DNA of 32,000 nucleotides from Pseudomonas aeruginosa (GTDB taxonomy: Bacteria > Pseudomonadota > Gammaproteobacteria > Pseudomonadales > Pseudomonadaceae): assembly GCF_001457615.1 (NCBI RefSeq), contig NZ_LN831024.1, positions 5,910,001-5,942,000 on the forward strand, read 5' to 3'. Position numbers and translations under genes: made by a program. The notes below the pieces were generated by a model. The model ran no database searches, had not been told where the DNA came from, and saw nothing but the letters and a program-made list of their open reading frames with translations. Of this stretch, positions 8,890 to 18,602 are shown piece after piece; the stretch's first letter is position 1, and each line of letters starts with the position of its first letter.

Positions 8890-11764
8890 ACTCGCGGTAG
8901 TCGTCCAGCGGCACGCAGGCGCAGAACAGGTTGCGGTCACCGTAGACGTTGTCCACCCGGTTAACCGCCGGCCAGTACTTGAACGCCCGCGCATGTTCGC
9001 TCGGGGTCACCGCCTCGGCGATCTCGTAGGGTCTCTGCCAGATCCCGGTGACGTCGGCCAGGGTATGCGGCGCCCGTTTCAGCGGGTTGTCCTCCGCCGG
9101 CCAGGCGCCGCTCTCCACCTTGCCGATCTCGGCCCTGATGCTCAGCATCGCCTCGACGAAACGATCCAGCTCCGCCTTCGACTCGCTCTCGGTCGGCTCC
9201 ACCATCAGCGTGCCCGGCACCGGGAAGGACATGGTCGGGGCGTGGAAGCCGTAGTCCATCAGGCGCTTGGCCACGTCTTCCTCGGTTATCCCGGTCTGCG
9301 CCTTGAGCGGTCGCAGGTCGAGGATGCATTCGTGGGCGACGCGCTCGTTGCGCCCGCGGTAGAGCACCGGGAACGCCCCGTCCAGGCGGTTCGCCAGGTA
9401 GTTGGCGGAGAGGATCGCCACCTCGCTGGCGTCGGCCAGCTGCGGGCCCATCATGGCGATGTACATCCAACTGATCGGCAGGATGCTGGCGCTGCCCCAG
9501 GGCGCCGCGCTGACCGCGTCGTTCAGCGGGTTCGGCCCTTCGACGCGGATCACCGGATGGTTGGCGACGAACGGCGCCAGGTGCCGCTTGACCCCGATCG
9601 GCCCCATGCCCGGCCCGCCACCACCATGGGGGATGCAGAAGGTCTTGTGCAGGTTCATGTGCGAGACGTCCGCGCCGATGTCCGCCGGTCGCGCCAGGCC
9701 GACCTGGGCGTTGAGGTTGGCGCCGTCCATGTAGACCTGGCCGCCGTGGCGGTGGACCACTTCGCAGATCTCGCCTATCCCCTCTTCGTAGACGCCGTGG
9801 GTCGAGGGATAGGTGATCATCAGGCAGGACAGCCGGTCGCCCGCCTCGGCCGCCTTGAGGCGCAGGTCGTCGAGGTCGACGTTGCCGCGGGGATCGCACT
9901 CGACGATCACCACCCGCATGCTGGCCATGATCGCCGAGGCCGGGTTGGTGCCATGCGCCGATGCGGGGATCAGGCAGATGTCGCGCTGGCTATCGCCGCG
10001 GCTCTGGTGGTAGCGGCGGATCGCCAGCAACCCGGCATATTCGCCCTGTGCTCCCGAGTTCGGCTGCATGCAGATGGCGTCGAAGCCGGTGATCGCCCGC
10101 AGCCAGGCTTCCAGTTCGTCGATCATCCGGCGATAGCCCTCGGCCTGCTCGCGCGGCACGAACGGATGCAGTTCGGCGAATTCCGGCCAGGTGATGGGGA
10201 TCATTTCGCTGCTGGCGTTGAGCTTCATGGTGCAGGAGCCGAGCGGGATCATCGCCTGGTTCAGCGCCAGGTCCTTGCCTTCCAGCTGGCGCAGGTAGCG
10301 AAGCATCTCGGTCTCGCTGTGGTGGGCGTTGAACACCGGATGCTGCAGGTAGGCCGAAGTGCGTTGCAGGACCGCCGGGATGCCGTCGGCCACCGCCCCG
10401 CCATCCAGGTGCGCGACATCCAGCCCGTGGCCGGCGCCGAGGAAGATCTCGAACAGGGTCGCCAGGGTCGCCGCGTCACAGGTTTCGTCGAGGCTCAGGG
10501 CCAGCCGCCGGTCGTCGACCACGCGCAGGTTGACCCGTGCCGCCCGCGCCCGTTCGAGGATCGCCGCCTGACGCTCGCCGACCTCGTAGGTCAGGGTGTC
10601 GAAGAAGTGCCGGTTGAGCCGCCGCAGTCCCTTGCTTTTCAGGCCCGCCGCCAGCAGCGCGGTCAGGCGCTGGACGCGTTGGGCGATGCGTTTCAGCTCC
10701 TGTGGCCCATGGTAGACGGCATACAGCGAAGCAATGTTGGCCAGCAGCACCTGGGCGGTGCAGATGTTCGAGTTGGCCTTTTCCCGACGGATGTGCTGCT
10801 CGCGGGTTTGCAGGGCCATGCGCAACGCCGGGTTGCCGCGGGCGTCGCGGGAAACGCCGATGATCCGCCCCGGCATTGCCCGCTTGTACCCTTCGCGGGT
10901 GGCGAAGAACGCCGCGTGCGGCCCGCCGTAGCCCATCGGTACGCCAAAGCGCTGGGCGCTGCCGAGCACCACGTCGGCACCGAGTTCCCCCGGCGGGGTC
11001 AGCAACAACAGGGCGAGCAGGTCGCTGGCGACGCAAGCCAGCGCCTGTTGGCCGTGCAACGCCTCGATAAGCGGGCGCAGGTCGCGGATCTCGCCGCGAC
11101 TGTCCGGGTATTGCAGCAAGGCGCCGAACACCGCGTGGGCGGCAAGATTGTCCGGCTCGTCGACGACCAGCTCGAAACCGAACGCCTCGGCGCGGGTACG
11201 CAACACCGAAACGGTCTGCGGATGGCAATGCGCATCGACGAAGAACCGGTTGCTCCTGGCCTTTGCCACCCGCCTGGCCAGGGCCATGGCCTCGGCGGCG
11301 GCGGTGGCTTCGTCGAGCAGCGAGGCGCTGGCCAGGTCGAGTCCGGTGAGGTCGATGGTCAGTTGCTGGAAATTCAGCAGCGCTTCCAGGCGGCCCTGGG
11401 CGATTTCCGGCTGGTAGGGCGTATAGGCGGTGTACCAGCCGGGATTCTCCAGCACGTTGCGGAGGATCACCGACGGCGTCACGGTGCCGTAGTAGCCCAT
11501 GCCGATCAGGCTGGTCCAGCGCTGGTTGAGCCCGGCGTAGCCGCGCAGGCGCGCCAGGGCGGCCTGTTCGTCGAGCGCGGCGGGCAGTTCCAGCGGCCGG
11601 TTGAGGCGGATCGCCGGCGGCACCGTCTGCACGATCAGTTCGGCGCGAGTGGAAACTCCGAGGAAGTCCAGCATGGCCTGCTGTTCCGCAGGATCGGGGC
11701 CGAGGTGGCGGCGCAGGAAGGCATCGGCGGGCTGGAGCTGGGCGAGGGACGGCGTCTGCGACAT
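8888..11764 (-). CDS. gcvP: Glycine dehydrogenase (decarboxylating), P protein
   Basis: Start [36 protein letters not shown] at 11764; PLP site region [32 protein letters not shown]; length about 958 aa. Confidence 0.96.
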   Translation of the reverse strand: MSQTPSLAQLQPADAFLRRHLGPDPAEQQAMLDFLGVSTRAELIVQTVPPAIRLNRPLELPAALDEQAALARLRGYAGLNQRWTSLIGMGYYGTVTPSVILRNVLENPGWYTAYTPYQPEIAQGRLEALLNFQQLTIDLTGLDLASASLLDEATAAAEAMALARRVAKARSNRFFVDAHCHPQTVSVLRTRAEAFGFELVVDEPDNLAAHAVFGALLQYPDSRGEIRDLRPLIEALHGQQALACVASDLLALLLLTPPGELGADVVLGSAQRFGVPMGYGGPHAAFFATREGYKRAMPGRIIGVSRDARGNPALRMALQTREQHIRREKANSNICTAQVLLANIASLYAVYHGPQELKRIAQRVQRLTALLAAGLKSKGLRRLNRHFFDTLTYEVGERQAAILERARAARVNLRVVDDRRLALSLDETCDAATLATLFEIFLGAGHGLDVAHLDGGAVADGIPAVLQRTSAYLQHPVFNAHHSETEMLRYLRQLEGKDLALNQAMIPLGSCTMKLNASSEMIPITWPEFAELHPFVPREQAEGYRRMIDELEAWLRAITGFDAICMQPNSGAQGEYAGLLAIRRYHQSRGDSQRDICLIPASAHGTNPASAIMASMRVVIVECDPRGNVDLDDLRLKAAEAGDRLSCLMITYPSTHGVYEEGIGEICEVVHRHGGQVYMDGANLNAQVGLARPADIGADVSHMNLHKTFCIPHGGGGPGMGPIGVKRHLAPFVANHPVIRVEGPNPLNDAVSAAPWGSASILPISWMYIAMMGPQLADASEVAILSANYLANRLDGAFPVLYRGRNERVAHECILDLRPLKAQTGITEEDVAKRLMDYGFHAPTMSFPVPGTLMVEPTESESKAELDRFVEAMLSIRAEIGKVESGAWPAEDNPLKRAPHTLADVTGIWQRPYEIAEAVTPSEHARAFKYWPAVNRVDNVYGDRNLFCACVPLDDYRE

Positions 11765-11860
11765 GGCTTCGGTCTCGTTGGGGGCGGCATCGCCCTGCCA
11801 GCGATCGTCGCCGAACGGATATCGAATGAGAAAGCAACGACGGCGAAAACGCATTTCGCC

Positions 11861-11895
11861 GCTGCAAAAAGAACAAAGCCTCGAATGATCGAGGC
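11861..11895 (-). terminator. Intrinsic terminator-like hairpin between gcvH and gcvP (minus strand)
   Basis: Minus strand reads GCCTCGA-TCAT-TCGAGGC followed by TTTGTTCTTTTTGC. Confidence 0.6.
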
Positions 11896-11937
11896 CTTGT
11901 CCAAGGATAGCGGGTTTTGTCGCGACTACGCGGCGGC

Positions 11938-12327
11938 TCAGCCTTCCGCGTCGACGGCGGCCTGGTAGCCAGCGGCATCGAGCAGCTTGTCCAGCTCGGC
12001 CGGATTGCTCGGCTTGAGCTTGAAGAACCAGGACGCGTACGGGTCGTTGTTGACGTCTTCCGGGGTGTCGGCCAGGGCTTCGTTGATGGCGATGACTTCG
12101 CCGCCGATCGGCGAATAGATGTCGGAGGCGGCCTTCACCGACTCGACCACGCCCGCTTCCTGCCCGGCGGCGAGGGTCTTGCCCAGCTCCGGCAGCTCGA
12201 TGAAGACCACATCGCCAAGGGCTTCCTGGGCATGGTCGGAAATGCCCACGGTAACGCTGCCGTCGGCTTCCAGGCGAGCCCATTCGTGGCTCTGGGCGTA
12301 ACGCAGTTCGGCGGGAATATTGCTCAT
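11938..12327 (-). CDS. gcvH: Glycine cleavage system H protein
   Basis: Start [42 protein letters not shown]; lipoylation region [20 protein letters not shown]. Confidence 0.95.
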   Translation of the reverse strand: MSNIPAELRYAQSHEWARLEADGSVTVGISDHAQEALGDVVFIELPELGKTLAAGQEAGVVESVKAASDIYSPIGGEVIAINEALADTPEDVNNDPYASWFFKLKPSNPAELDKLLDAAGYQAAVDAEG

Positions 12328-12373
12328 CTTGTTTTCCTCGAAGTCGGGGGCGACGGCGGTCGCCATTGCCAGG

Positions 12374-13456
12374 TTAGATCAGGGGCTTGCCGTGACGCAC
12401 GAAACTGGGCTGGACCACCCGTACCGGGTACCACTTGCCGCGGATTTCCACCTCGGCGCGGTCGCCGGTGGCGGCCGGCACGCGGGCCAGCGCGATGGAC
12501 TTGTTCAGGGTAGGCGAAAAGCTGCCGCTGGTGATCTCCCCCTCACCAATGCCAGCTACCCGCACCACCTGGTGGGCGCGCAGCACGCCGCGCTCCTCCA
12601 GTACCAGGCCGACCAGCTTCGGCTGGTCGCCGGCGGCCTTCTGCGCTTCCAGCGCGCGGCGGCCGACGAAGTCCCGCGCAACCGGCTCCCAGGCTACGGT
12701 CCAGCCCATGTTGGCGGCAAGCGGGGAAACGCTTTCGTCCATGTCCTGGCCGTAGAGATTGAGCCCGGCCTCCAGGCGCAGCGTATCGCGCGCACCCAGG
12801 CCCGCCGGGGAGATCCCGGCGCCAACCAGCTCGTTGAGGAAACCCGGCGCCTCGGCGGCCGGCAGCATGATTTCCAGGCCGTCCTCGCCGGTGTAGCCAG
12901 TGCGAGCGATGAACCAGTCGCCCTCGGCACGGCCCTGGAACGGCTTGAGTTCGCGTATCAGCGCGGCGCGTGCCGGGGATACCAGTTCGGAGCTGTGCAC
13001 GCGGGCGTTGGGGCCCTGGATGGCGAGCATCGCCAGGTCGCCGCGTTCCTGCAGGTCGACCTTGAAGCCGGCGGCCTGCGCCTGCATCCAGGCGATGTCC
13101 TTGTCGCGGGTGGAAGCATTGACCACCACCCGGTAGCCGTGCTCGGTCAGGTAGACGATCAGGTCGTCGACCACCCCGCCCTCTTCGTTGAGCATCGCGC
13201 TGTAGAGCGCCTTGCCGGTTTCGCCGAGACGCGCCACGTCGTTCGCCAGGAGATGCTGCAGATAGGCCGTGGCCTGCTCGCCGGCGACGTCGACCACGGT
13301 CATGTGGGACACGTCGAAGACGCCGCAGTCACGCCGGACCTGATGGTGCTCCTCGACCTGCGAACCGTAGTGCAGCGGCATGTCCCAACCGCCGAAATCG
13401 ACCATCTTGGCGCCGAGCGCGACGTGCAGCTCGTAAAGCGGGGTGCGCAATCCCAT
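12374..13456 (-). CDS. gcvT: Glycine cleavage system T protein (aminomethyltransferase)
   Basis: Start [53 protein letters not shown], length 360 aa. Confidence 0.95.
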   Translation of the reverse strand: MGLRTPLYELHVALGAKMVDFGGWDMPLHYGSQVEEHHQVRRDCGVFDVSHMTVVDVAGEQATAYLQHLLANDVARLGETGKALYSAMLNEEGGVVDDLIVYLTEHGYRVVVNASTRDKDIAWMQAQAAGFKVDLQERGDLAMLAIQGPNARVHSSELVSPARAALIRELKPFQGRAEGDWFIARTGYTGEDGLEIMLPAAEAPGFLNELVGAGISPAGLGARDTLRLEAGLNLYGQDMDESVSPLAANMGWTVAWEPVARDFVGRRALEAQKAAGDQPKLVGLVLEERGVLRAHQVVRVAGIGEGEITSGSFSPTLNKSIALARVPAATGDRAEVEIRGKWYPVRVVQPSFVRHGKPLI

Positions 13457-13520
13457 GGGTATTCTCCTTCCGGGCGTAGCGGGTGCCGTCGGCAGGGACC
13501 GCCGGCACGAAATCGCGCGC

Positions 13521-13526
13521 ATTGTA
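13521..13526 (-). promoter_or_regulatory. Candidate -10 box (TACAAT) for gcvT
   Basis: Minus strand GGGGCTTGCGGCTACAATGCGCG about 65 nt upstream of the gcvT start; the -35 is weak. Confidence 0.35.
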
Positions 13527-13606
13527 GCCGCAAGCCCCGGAGCAGGACACCATGGAAGCGTGCCGCGATCCGTGCATAGACCCTACGACCTGCATGGATA
13601 CTGGGC

Positions 13607-15226
13607 TCAGCGATCTGAATGATGGGCAGAACGACGAATCAACCCGACCACCGGTAGCAGGCCGACCAGCACCAGGGTCAGGGCCGGCAGCGAGGCGCGC
13701 GCCCATTCGCCCTCGCTGGTCATCTCGAAGATCCGTACGGCCAGGGTGTCCCAACCGAAGGGACGCATCAGCAGGGTCGCCGGCATCTCCTTGAGCACGT
13801 CGACGAAGACCAGCAGCGCGGCGCTCAGCGAGGCCGGCAGCAACAGCGGCAGGTAGACCCGCAGGAACAGCAGCGGGCCGCCCACGCCGAGGCTGCGCGA
13901 AGCTTCCGGCAGCGACGGGCGGATCCGCGCCAGCCCGCTTTCCAGCGGCCCGTAGGCCACCGCCATGAAACGGATCAGGTAGGCCAGCAGCAGGGCGAAC
14001 AGACTGCCCAGCAGCAGCGGCTTGCCGGCGCCGCCGAGGGCGCTGGAAAGCGGGATCACCCAGTGATTGTCCAGCCAGCTGAAGGCCAGCATGATCGAAA
14101 CCGCCAGGACCGAGCCCGGCAGCGCATAACCGAGGTTGCCCAGGCCCACCGCGCCGCGGATAGCGCGGGTCGGCGCCAGGCGCACGGCGAAGGCCAGCAG
14201 CAGGGCCACGGCGACCGTCGCCAGCGCGGCGATGCCGCCCAGCGTCAGGGTATGGCCGATCAGGTCCCAGTAGCGCTCGTCGAGGTCGAAACGGCCCTGG
14301 CGCCAGAACCAGACAACCAGTTGCGCCACGGGAATCACGAAGGCGCAGAGGAACACCAGCCCGCACCAGGCGCTCGCCGCCAGCGCCCTGGCGCCGCGCA
14401 GGCGGTACAGCGGCGCGCCGCGCGGACGCTCGCTGGCGGCCTTGGCTCGGCCTCGCGTGTGGCGCTCGCCGAGCAGCACCAGGCATACCCCGAGCAACAA
14501 TAGGCTGGCCAGCTGGGCGGCGCTGGAGAGGCTGTAGAAGCCGTACCAGGTCTTGTAGATGGCGGTGGTGAAGGTGTCGAAGTTGAACACCGATACCGCG
14601 CCGAAGTCGGCCAGGGTTTCCATCACCGCCAGCGCCAGGCCGGCGCCGATCGCCGGCCGCGCCATCGGCAGGGCGACCCGCAGGAACGCCTGCCAGGGCG
14701 ACAGGCCGAGAACCCGCGCGGCTTCCATCAGGCCCTTGCCCTGGGCGATGAAGGCGCTGCGCGCGAGCAGGTAGACATAGGGATAGAACACCAGCACCAG
14801 GACCAGGATCACCCCGCCGGTGGAGCGTACGCGCGGCAACCGCAGGCCGCTGCCGAACCACTCGCGCAGCAGGCTCTGCACCGGTCCGGCGAAATCCAGC
14901 AGGCCGACGAAGACGAACGCCAGGACGTAGGCCGGGATCGCGAACGGCAACATCAGCGCCCAGTCCAGCCAGCGCCGCCCGGGGAATTCGCAGAGGCTGG
15001 TGAGCCAGGCCAGGCTGACCCCGAGCAGAGTCACGCCGATGCCGACGCCGAGCACCAGGGTCAGGGTGTTGCCGAGCAGGCGCGGCAACTGGGTATCCCA
15101 CAGGTGGCTCCAGATTTCCCGGTCGATCTCCAGCCAGCTCAGCAGCAGCACGCTGAGCGGCAGCAGCACCAGCGCGGCAACGGTGAAGGTGATGGGGTAC
15201 CAGCGGCGGGGAGCGGGATGGGCCAC
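13607..15226 (-). CDS. hitB: Fe(III) ABC transporter permease (two fused permease halves, HitB/FbpB/SfuB type)
   Basis: MAHPAPRRWYPITFTVAALVLLPLSVLLLSW; two permease modules (LPRLLGNTLTLVLGVGIGVTLLGVSLAWLTSLCEFPGRR... and DLIGHTLTLGGIAALATVAVALLLAFAVR); adjacent to an iron-binding protein gene. Confidence 0.85.
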   Translation of the reverse strand: MAHPAPRRWYPITFTVAALVLLPLSVLLLSWLEIDREIWSHLWDTQLPRLLGNTLTLVLGVGIGVTLLGVSLAWLTSLCEFPGRRWLDWALMLPFAIPAYVLAFVFVGLLDFAGPVQSLLREWFGSGLRLPRVRSTGGVILVLVLVFYPYVYLLARSAFIAQGKGLMEAARVLGLSPWQAFLRVALPMARPAIGAGLALAVMETLADFGAVSVFNFDTFTTAIYKTWYGFYSLSSAAQLASLLLLGVCLVLLGERHTRGRAKAASERPRGAPLYRLRGARALAASAWCGLVFLCAFVIPVAQLVVWFWRQGRFDLDERYWDLIGHTLTLGGIAALATVAVALLLAFAVRLAPTRAIRGAVGLGNLGYALPGSVLAVSIMLAFSWLDNHWVIPLSSALGGAGKPLLLGSLFALLLAYLIRFMAVAYGPLESGLARIRPSLPEASRSLGVGGPLLFLRVYLPLLLPASLSAALLVFVDVLKEMPATLLMRPFGWDTLAVRIFEMTSEGEWARASLPALTLVLVGLLPVVGLIRRSAHHSDR

Positions 15227-15248
15227 GAAATCCTCGGTGCGGAACGAA

Positions 15249-15279
15249 CGACGCCCCGCTCGGACGAGCCGGGGCGTCG
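15249..15279 (-). terminator. Strong intercistronic hairpin between hitA and hitB (attenuator or 3' stabiliser)
   Basis: Minus strand CGACGCCCC-GGCTCGTCCGAGC-GGGGCGTCG followed by TTCGTTCC; 9-bp outer stem, no full T-tract. Confidence 0.45.
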
Positions 15280-15293
15280 AGTATAACCGGCGG

Positions 15294-16292
15294 TCAGTTC
15301 CAGCCGGCGCGGTCCATCAGGCGAATCGCCTCGGCCTGGCGCTTGCCGGCAACTTCCACCGGGATGCTGTCGGCCTTGAAGCTGCCCCAGCTGGCGACTT
15401 CGGCTGACGGCGCGACCTGCGGGTTGGCCGGGAATTCCTGGTTGATCCCGGCGAACAGCGCCTGGGCGTCGGGCCCGGTCATCCATTCCACCAGCGCCTT
15501 GGCTGCCTCGGGATGCGGCGCGTGGCGAGTCAGGCCGATGCCCGACAGGTTGACGTGGACGCCGCGGTCGGCCTGGTTCGGCCAGAACAGCTTGACCCGC
15601 AGGTTCGGGTTCTGCTTGTGCAGGCGCCCGTAGTAGTAGGTATTGACGATGCCGACGTCGCACTGGCCGGCGTCCACCGCCTGGATCACCGCGTTGTCGT
15701 CGGCGAATACGTCGGTGGCCAGGTTGTTCACCCAGCCCTGGAGGATTTCCTCGGTCTTCTGCGCCCCGTGGGTCTCGATCAGGGTCCCGGTCAGCGACTG
15801 GTTGTAGACCTTCTTCGCCGTGCGCAGGCACAGGCGGCCTTCCCATTGCTTGTCGGCCAGGGCTTCGTAGGTGCTCAGCTCTTCCGGCTTGACCCGCTCG
15901 GTGGAGTAGACGATGGTCCGCGCGCGCAGCGACAGTCCGGTCCAGCTATCGGTGCTGGAACGATACTGCGAGGGAATGTTCCGTTCGATGGTGGCCGACT
16001 TGAACGGTTGCAGCAGGCCCATCTGCTCGGCCTGCCAGAGGTTGCCGGCGTCCACGGTGAGCAGCAGGTCGGCCGGGGTGTTAGCGCCTTCGGCCTTGAT
16101 CCGCGCCATCAGCGGCGCTTCCTTGTCGGTGATGAACTTGACCTTCACGCCGGTCTTGCTGGTGTAGGCATCGAACACCGGCTTGATCAGCTCGTCGATG
16201 CGCGAGGAATACACCACCACTTCGTCGGCGGCCTGGGCCAGGCCGGTGATGCCCAGGGCCAGGGCGGCGAGTAGAGCTTTGCTTGCCTGCAT
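15294..16292 (-). CDS. hitA: Periplasmic Fe(III)-binding protein
   Basis: Start [55 protein letters not shown] with signal peptide; Tyr pair NTYYYGRL, typical of the FbpA/HitA family. Confidence 0.88.
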
Positions 16293-16359
16293 GAAGAACA
16301 GCCTCGTCAGCGGAACGTAGGCACGAATGATAAGAAATCTCGCTTGCGAACCCGCGCGA

Positions 16360-17274
16360 CTAAATGTGTCGGGGTGTTTCGCTTGCGTCCAAGCCACCGA
16401 GGATGGCGAGGAACGCCTCCACCGCGGCGCTGCGGCCATGGCGGCGGGTGAAGACGAGGAAATCGGCCAGCGCCTCGGGCTCGGCCAGCGGGCGATAGAC
16501 GACTCCGGCCCGGGCCAGCGCGGTGCTGCAACGCGGCACCAGGGCAACGCCCTGGCCGGCCGCGACCAGGGCGATGATCGAGGTGATCTGGCGTCCGGCC
16601 GGTCCCCTCGTCAGCGCCAGCCCGGCCTTCCGGTAGAGGCGCTCGATCAGTTCGTTGAGGCCGGAGCCGTAGTCCAGTGGAAACAGGATCAGCGGCCGAT
16701 CACGCAGATCGTACAGGTCGATCCGCTCTTGCCGCGCCAGCGGATCGCCGTTGGGCACGGCCACCACCAGCGGCTCGCCGCCCAGGGCCAGCACCTCGAT
16801 GCCGACCTGGCCTTCCGGCGGCGGCAGGCGCCCCAGCCCCACATCGATGCCGCCTTCGGCGATCTGCGCCCATTGCGCCGCCGAAGCGCCTTCGAGCAGC
16901 TCCAGTTGCACCTCCGGATGGCGCTCGCGGAACAGTCGGATCGCCTCGGTGAACAGGTCCGACAGGGCGATGGAGCTGGCGTAGCCGAGGGTCAGGTGGC
17001 CGGCCAGCCCCTGCGCCAGCTTGCGGGCGAAGCCGGCGGTGCGCTCCAGTTGGTCCAGCAGGGCGCGTGCGTAAGGCAGGAACAGGCTGCCCTCGGCGGT
17101 GAGGGTCACCGCCCGGCTGGAGCGGTCGAACAGGCGAAAGCCCAGCTCTTCCTCCAGCGCGGATATCTGCCGGGTCAAGGGCGGCTGCGCCATGTGCAGG
17201 CGCTGGGCGGCGCGGCCGAAATGCAGGGTTTCGGCAACGGCTGCGAAGCAGCGCAGGCGGCGTAGGTCGAGCAT
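16360..17274 (-). CDS. LysR-family transcriptional regulator
   Basis: Start [62 protein letters not shown] (HTH) with an LTTR effector domain. The longer track ORF is an upstream extension. Confidence 0.93.
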
Positions 17275-17370
17275 GCGGTTCCTCGGTATCGATCGGTCCT
17301 GAATCGGTATTGGCCAGCCCGTCGGGAGCGCCCCTATAACAGGGGGTTTCTCGTCCAGGCAGAGCGTTCC

Positions 17371-18564
17371 ATGAATTCGTCCCAGGGTTTCCCCCGCCTC
17401 GCGCTGTTTCTCTGCGGTTGCGCTGCGTTCCTCAATCTCTATACCACCCAGGGCATCTTCGACGAACTGGCGGCGAGCTTCCACATCAGCGCCCATCAAT
17501 CGAACTGGAGCATCACCGCCACCACCCTGGCGGTGGCTCTCGCCGCGCCCTTCGTCGGCCGACTCAGCGGCGGCCGCGAGCGCAGCCGGGTGATCGCCTT
17601 CGCCGCCAGCCTGCTCTGCGTGCCCATGCTGCTGGCCGCCCATGCCGGCAGCTTCGCCGCCTTCCTGCTCTGGCGCTTCGCCGAAGGGATGCTGATTCCC
17701 CTGCTGTTCGCCAGCAGCGTGGCCTACATCGGCGAGCGCTGGAGCGGCGGCGCGGTCATCGAGCTGACCAGCCTCTATGTCGCCGGGACCATCCTCGGCG
17801 GCTTCGCCGGACGCTTCCTCACCGGCCTGCTGACCGAGGAGTGGGATTGGCGCGTCGCCTTCCGGATCCTCGCCGGGCTGACCCTGCTCATCGCTGTCGC
17901 CATCCGTGCGCTGCTCCCTGCCAATTCTGGCAGGCACGCGCCCGCACCGGGGAAACGCCCCTTAGTATCCCGTGAACTGTTCCGGGCTCCGCTGCTGTCG
18001 TCCTACGCGGTGGGGTTCTGTGTCCTCTTTTCCCAGGTCGCCATGTTCACCTATATCGGCATCCATCTCAGCCGTCCGCCGTACAGCCTGGACACCGCTC
18101 AGCTCGGCTCGATCTACGCGGTGTTCCTCCTCGCCCTGCTGGTGATTCCCGCCAGCGGCCGCCTGGCCCGCACCCGCCCGCACCGCCAGTTGCTGCTGGG
18201 CGCATCGCTGCTGGGCGTGTGCGGCTCGCTGCTGACCCTGGCGCCGGGCCTGCCGACGATTCTCGTCGGCCTGGCCCTCAGCGCCACCGGCGTGTTCCTC
18301 GCACAGTCCACGGTCAACGCCTTCACCGCCAGCAATGCCGGGACCGACAAGGCCGGTGCCGTCGGCCTCTACCTGACCTGCTACTACGCCGGTGGCAGCC
18401 TCGGCGCGGTGCTGCCGGCGCCATTCTGGGAGCGCTGGGGCTGGCCGGGCTGCCTGGGCCTGATCCTCCTGGCCCAGTTGCTGCCGTTGCTTCTGACCCG
18501 CTACGGCTGGTCCGCACCACCGGCCGAACGCGCGGCCCTGCGCGCGTCGCAAGGAAGACCGTAA
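17371..18564 (+). CDS. MFS transporter
   Basis: MNSSQGFPRLALFLCGCAAFLNLYTTQGIFDELAASFHISAHQSNWSITATTLAVALAAPFVGRLSGGRERSRV; 12-TM MFS pattern, divergent from the LysR gene. Confidence 0.9.
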   Translation: MNSSQGFPRLALFLCGCAAFLNLYTTQGIFDELAASFHISAHQSNWSITATTLAVALAAPFVGRLSGGRERSRVIAFAASLLCVPMLLAAHAGSFAAFLLWRFAEGMLIPLLFASSVAYIGERWSGGAVIELTSLYVAGTILGGFAGRFLTGLLTEEWDWRVAFRILAGLTLLIAVAIRALLPANSGRHAPAPGKRPLVSRELFRAPLLSSYAVGFCVLFSQVAMFTYIGIHLSRPPYSLDTAQLGSIYAVFLLALLVIPASGRLARTRPHRQLLLGASLLGVCGSLLTLAPGLPTILVGLALSATGVFLAQSTVNAFTASNAGTDKAGAVGLYLTCYYAGGSLGAVLPAPFWERWGWPGCLGLILLAQLLPLLLTRYGWSAPPAERAALRASQGRP

Positions 18565-18602
18565 CCATCGCAAGAACAACAAGAACCGACAGGAGGTTAG
18601 CC

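Noticed and set aside
8993-11968. 991-aa + strand ORF
   Set aside because: Antisense to gcvP, whose protein sequence is unmistakable. The + frame translation is low-complexity H/R/G/Q.
11765-12283. N-terminal extension of gcvP (1131-aa track ORF)
   Set aside because: The extension crosses the gcvH coding region and a terminator-like hairpin. Homology clearly begins at [16 protein letters not shown].
13457-13606. Possible glycine riboswitch upstream of gcvT
   Set aside because: I could not recognise the tandem aptamer architecture or conserved core motifs; only a simple hairpin is visible. An Rfam search would be decisive.
13329-15101. 590-aa minus-strand ORF
   Set aside because: Alternative frame of the permease and the gcvT 5' region; no domain signal.
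18219-18602. Upstream extension of the uncharacterised gene into the MFS gene (401-aa track ORF)
   Set aside because: The extension is an alternative frame of the MFS gene. A strong AGGAGG precedes ATG at 18603.
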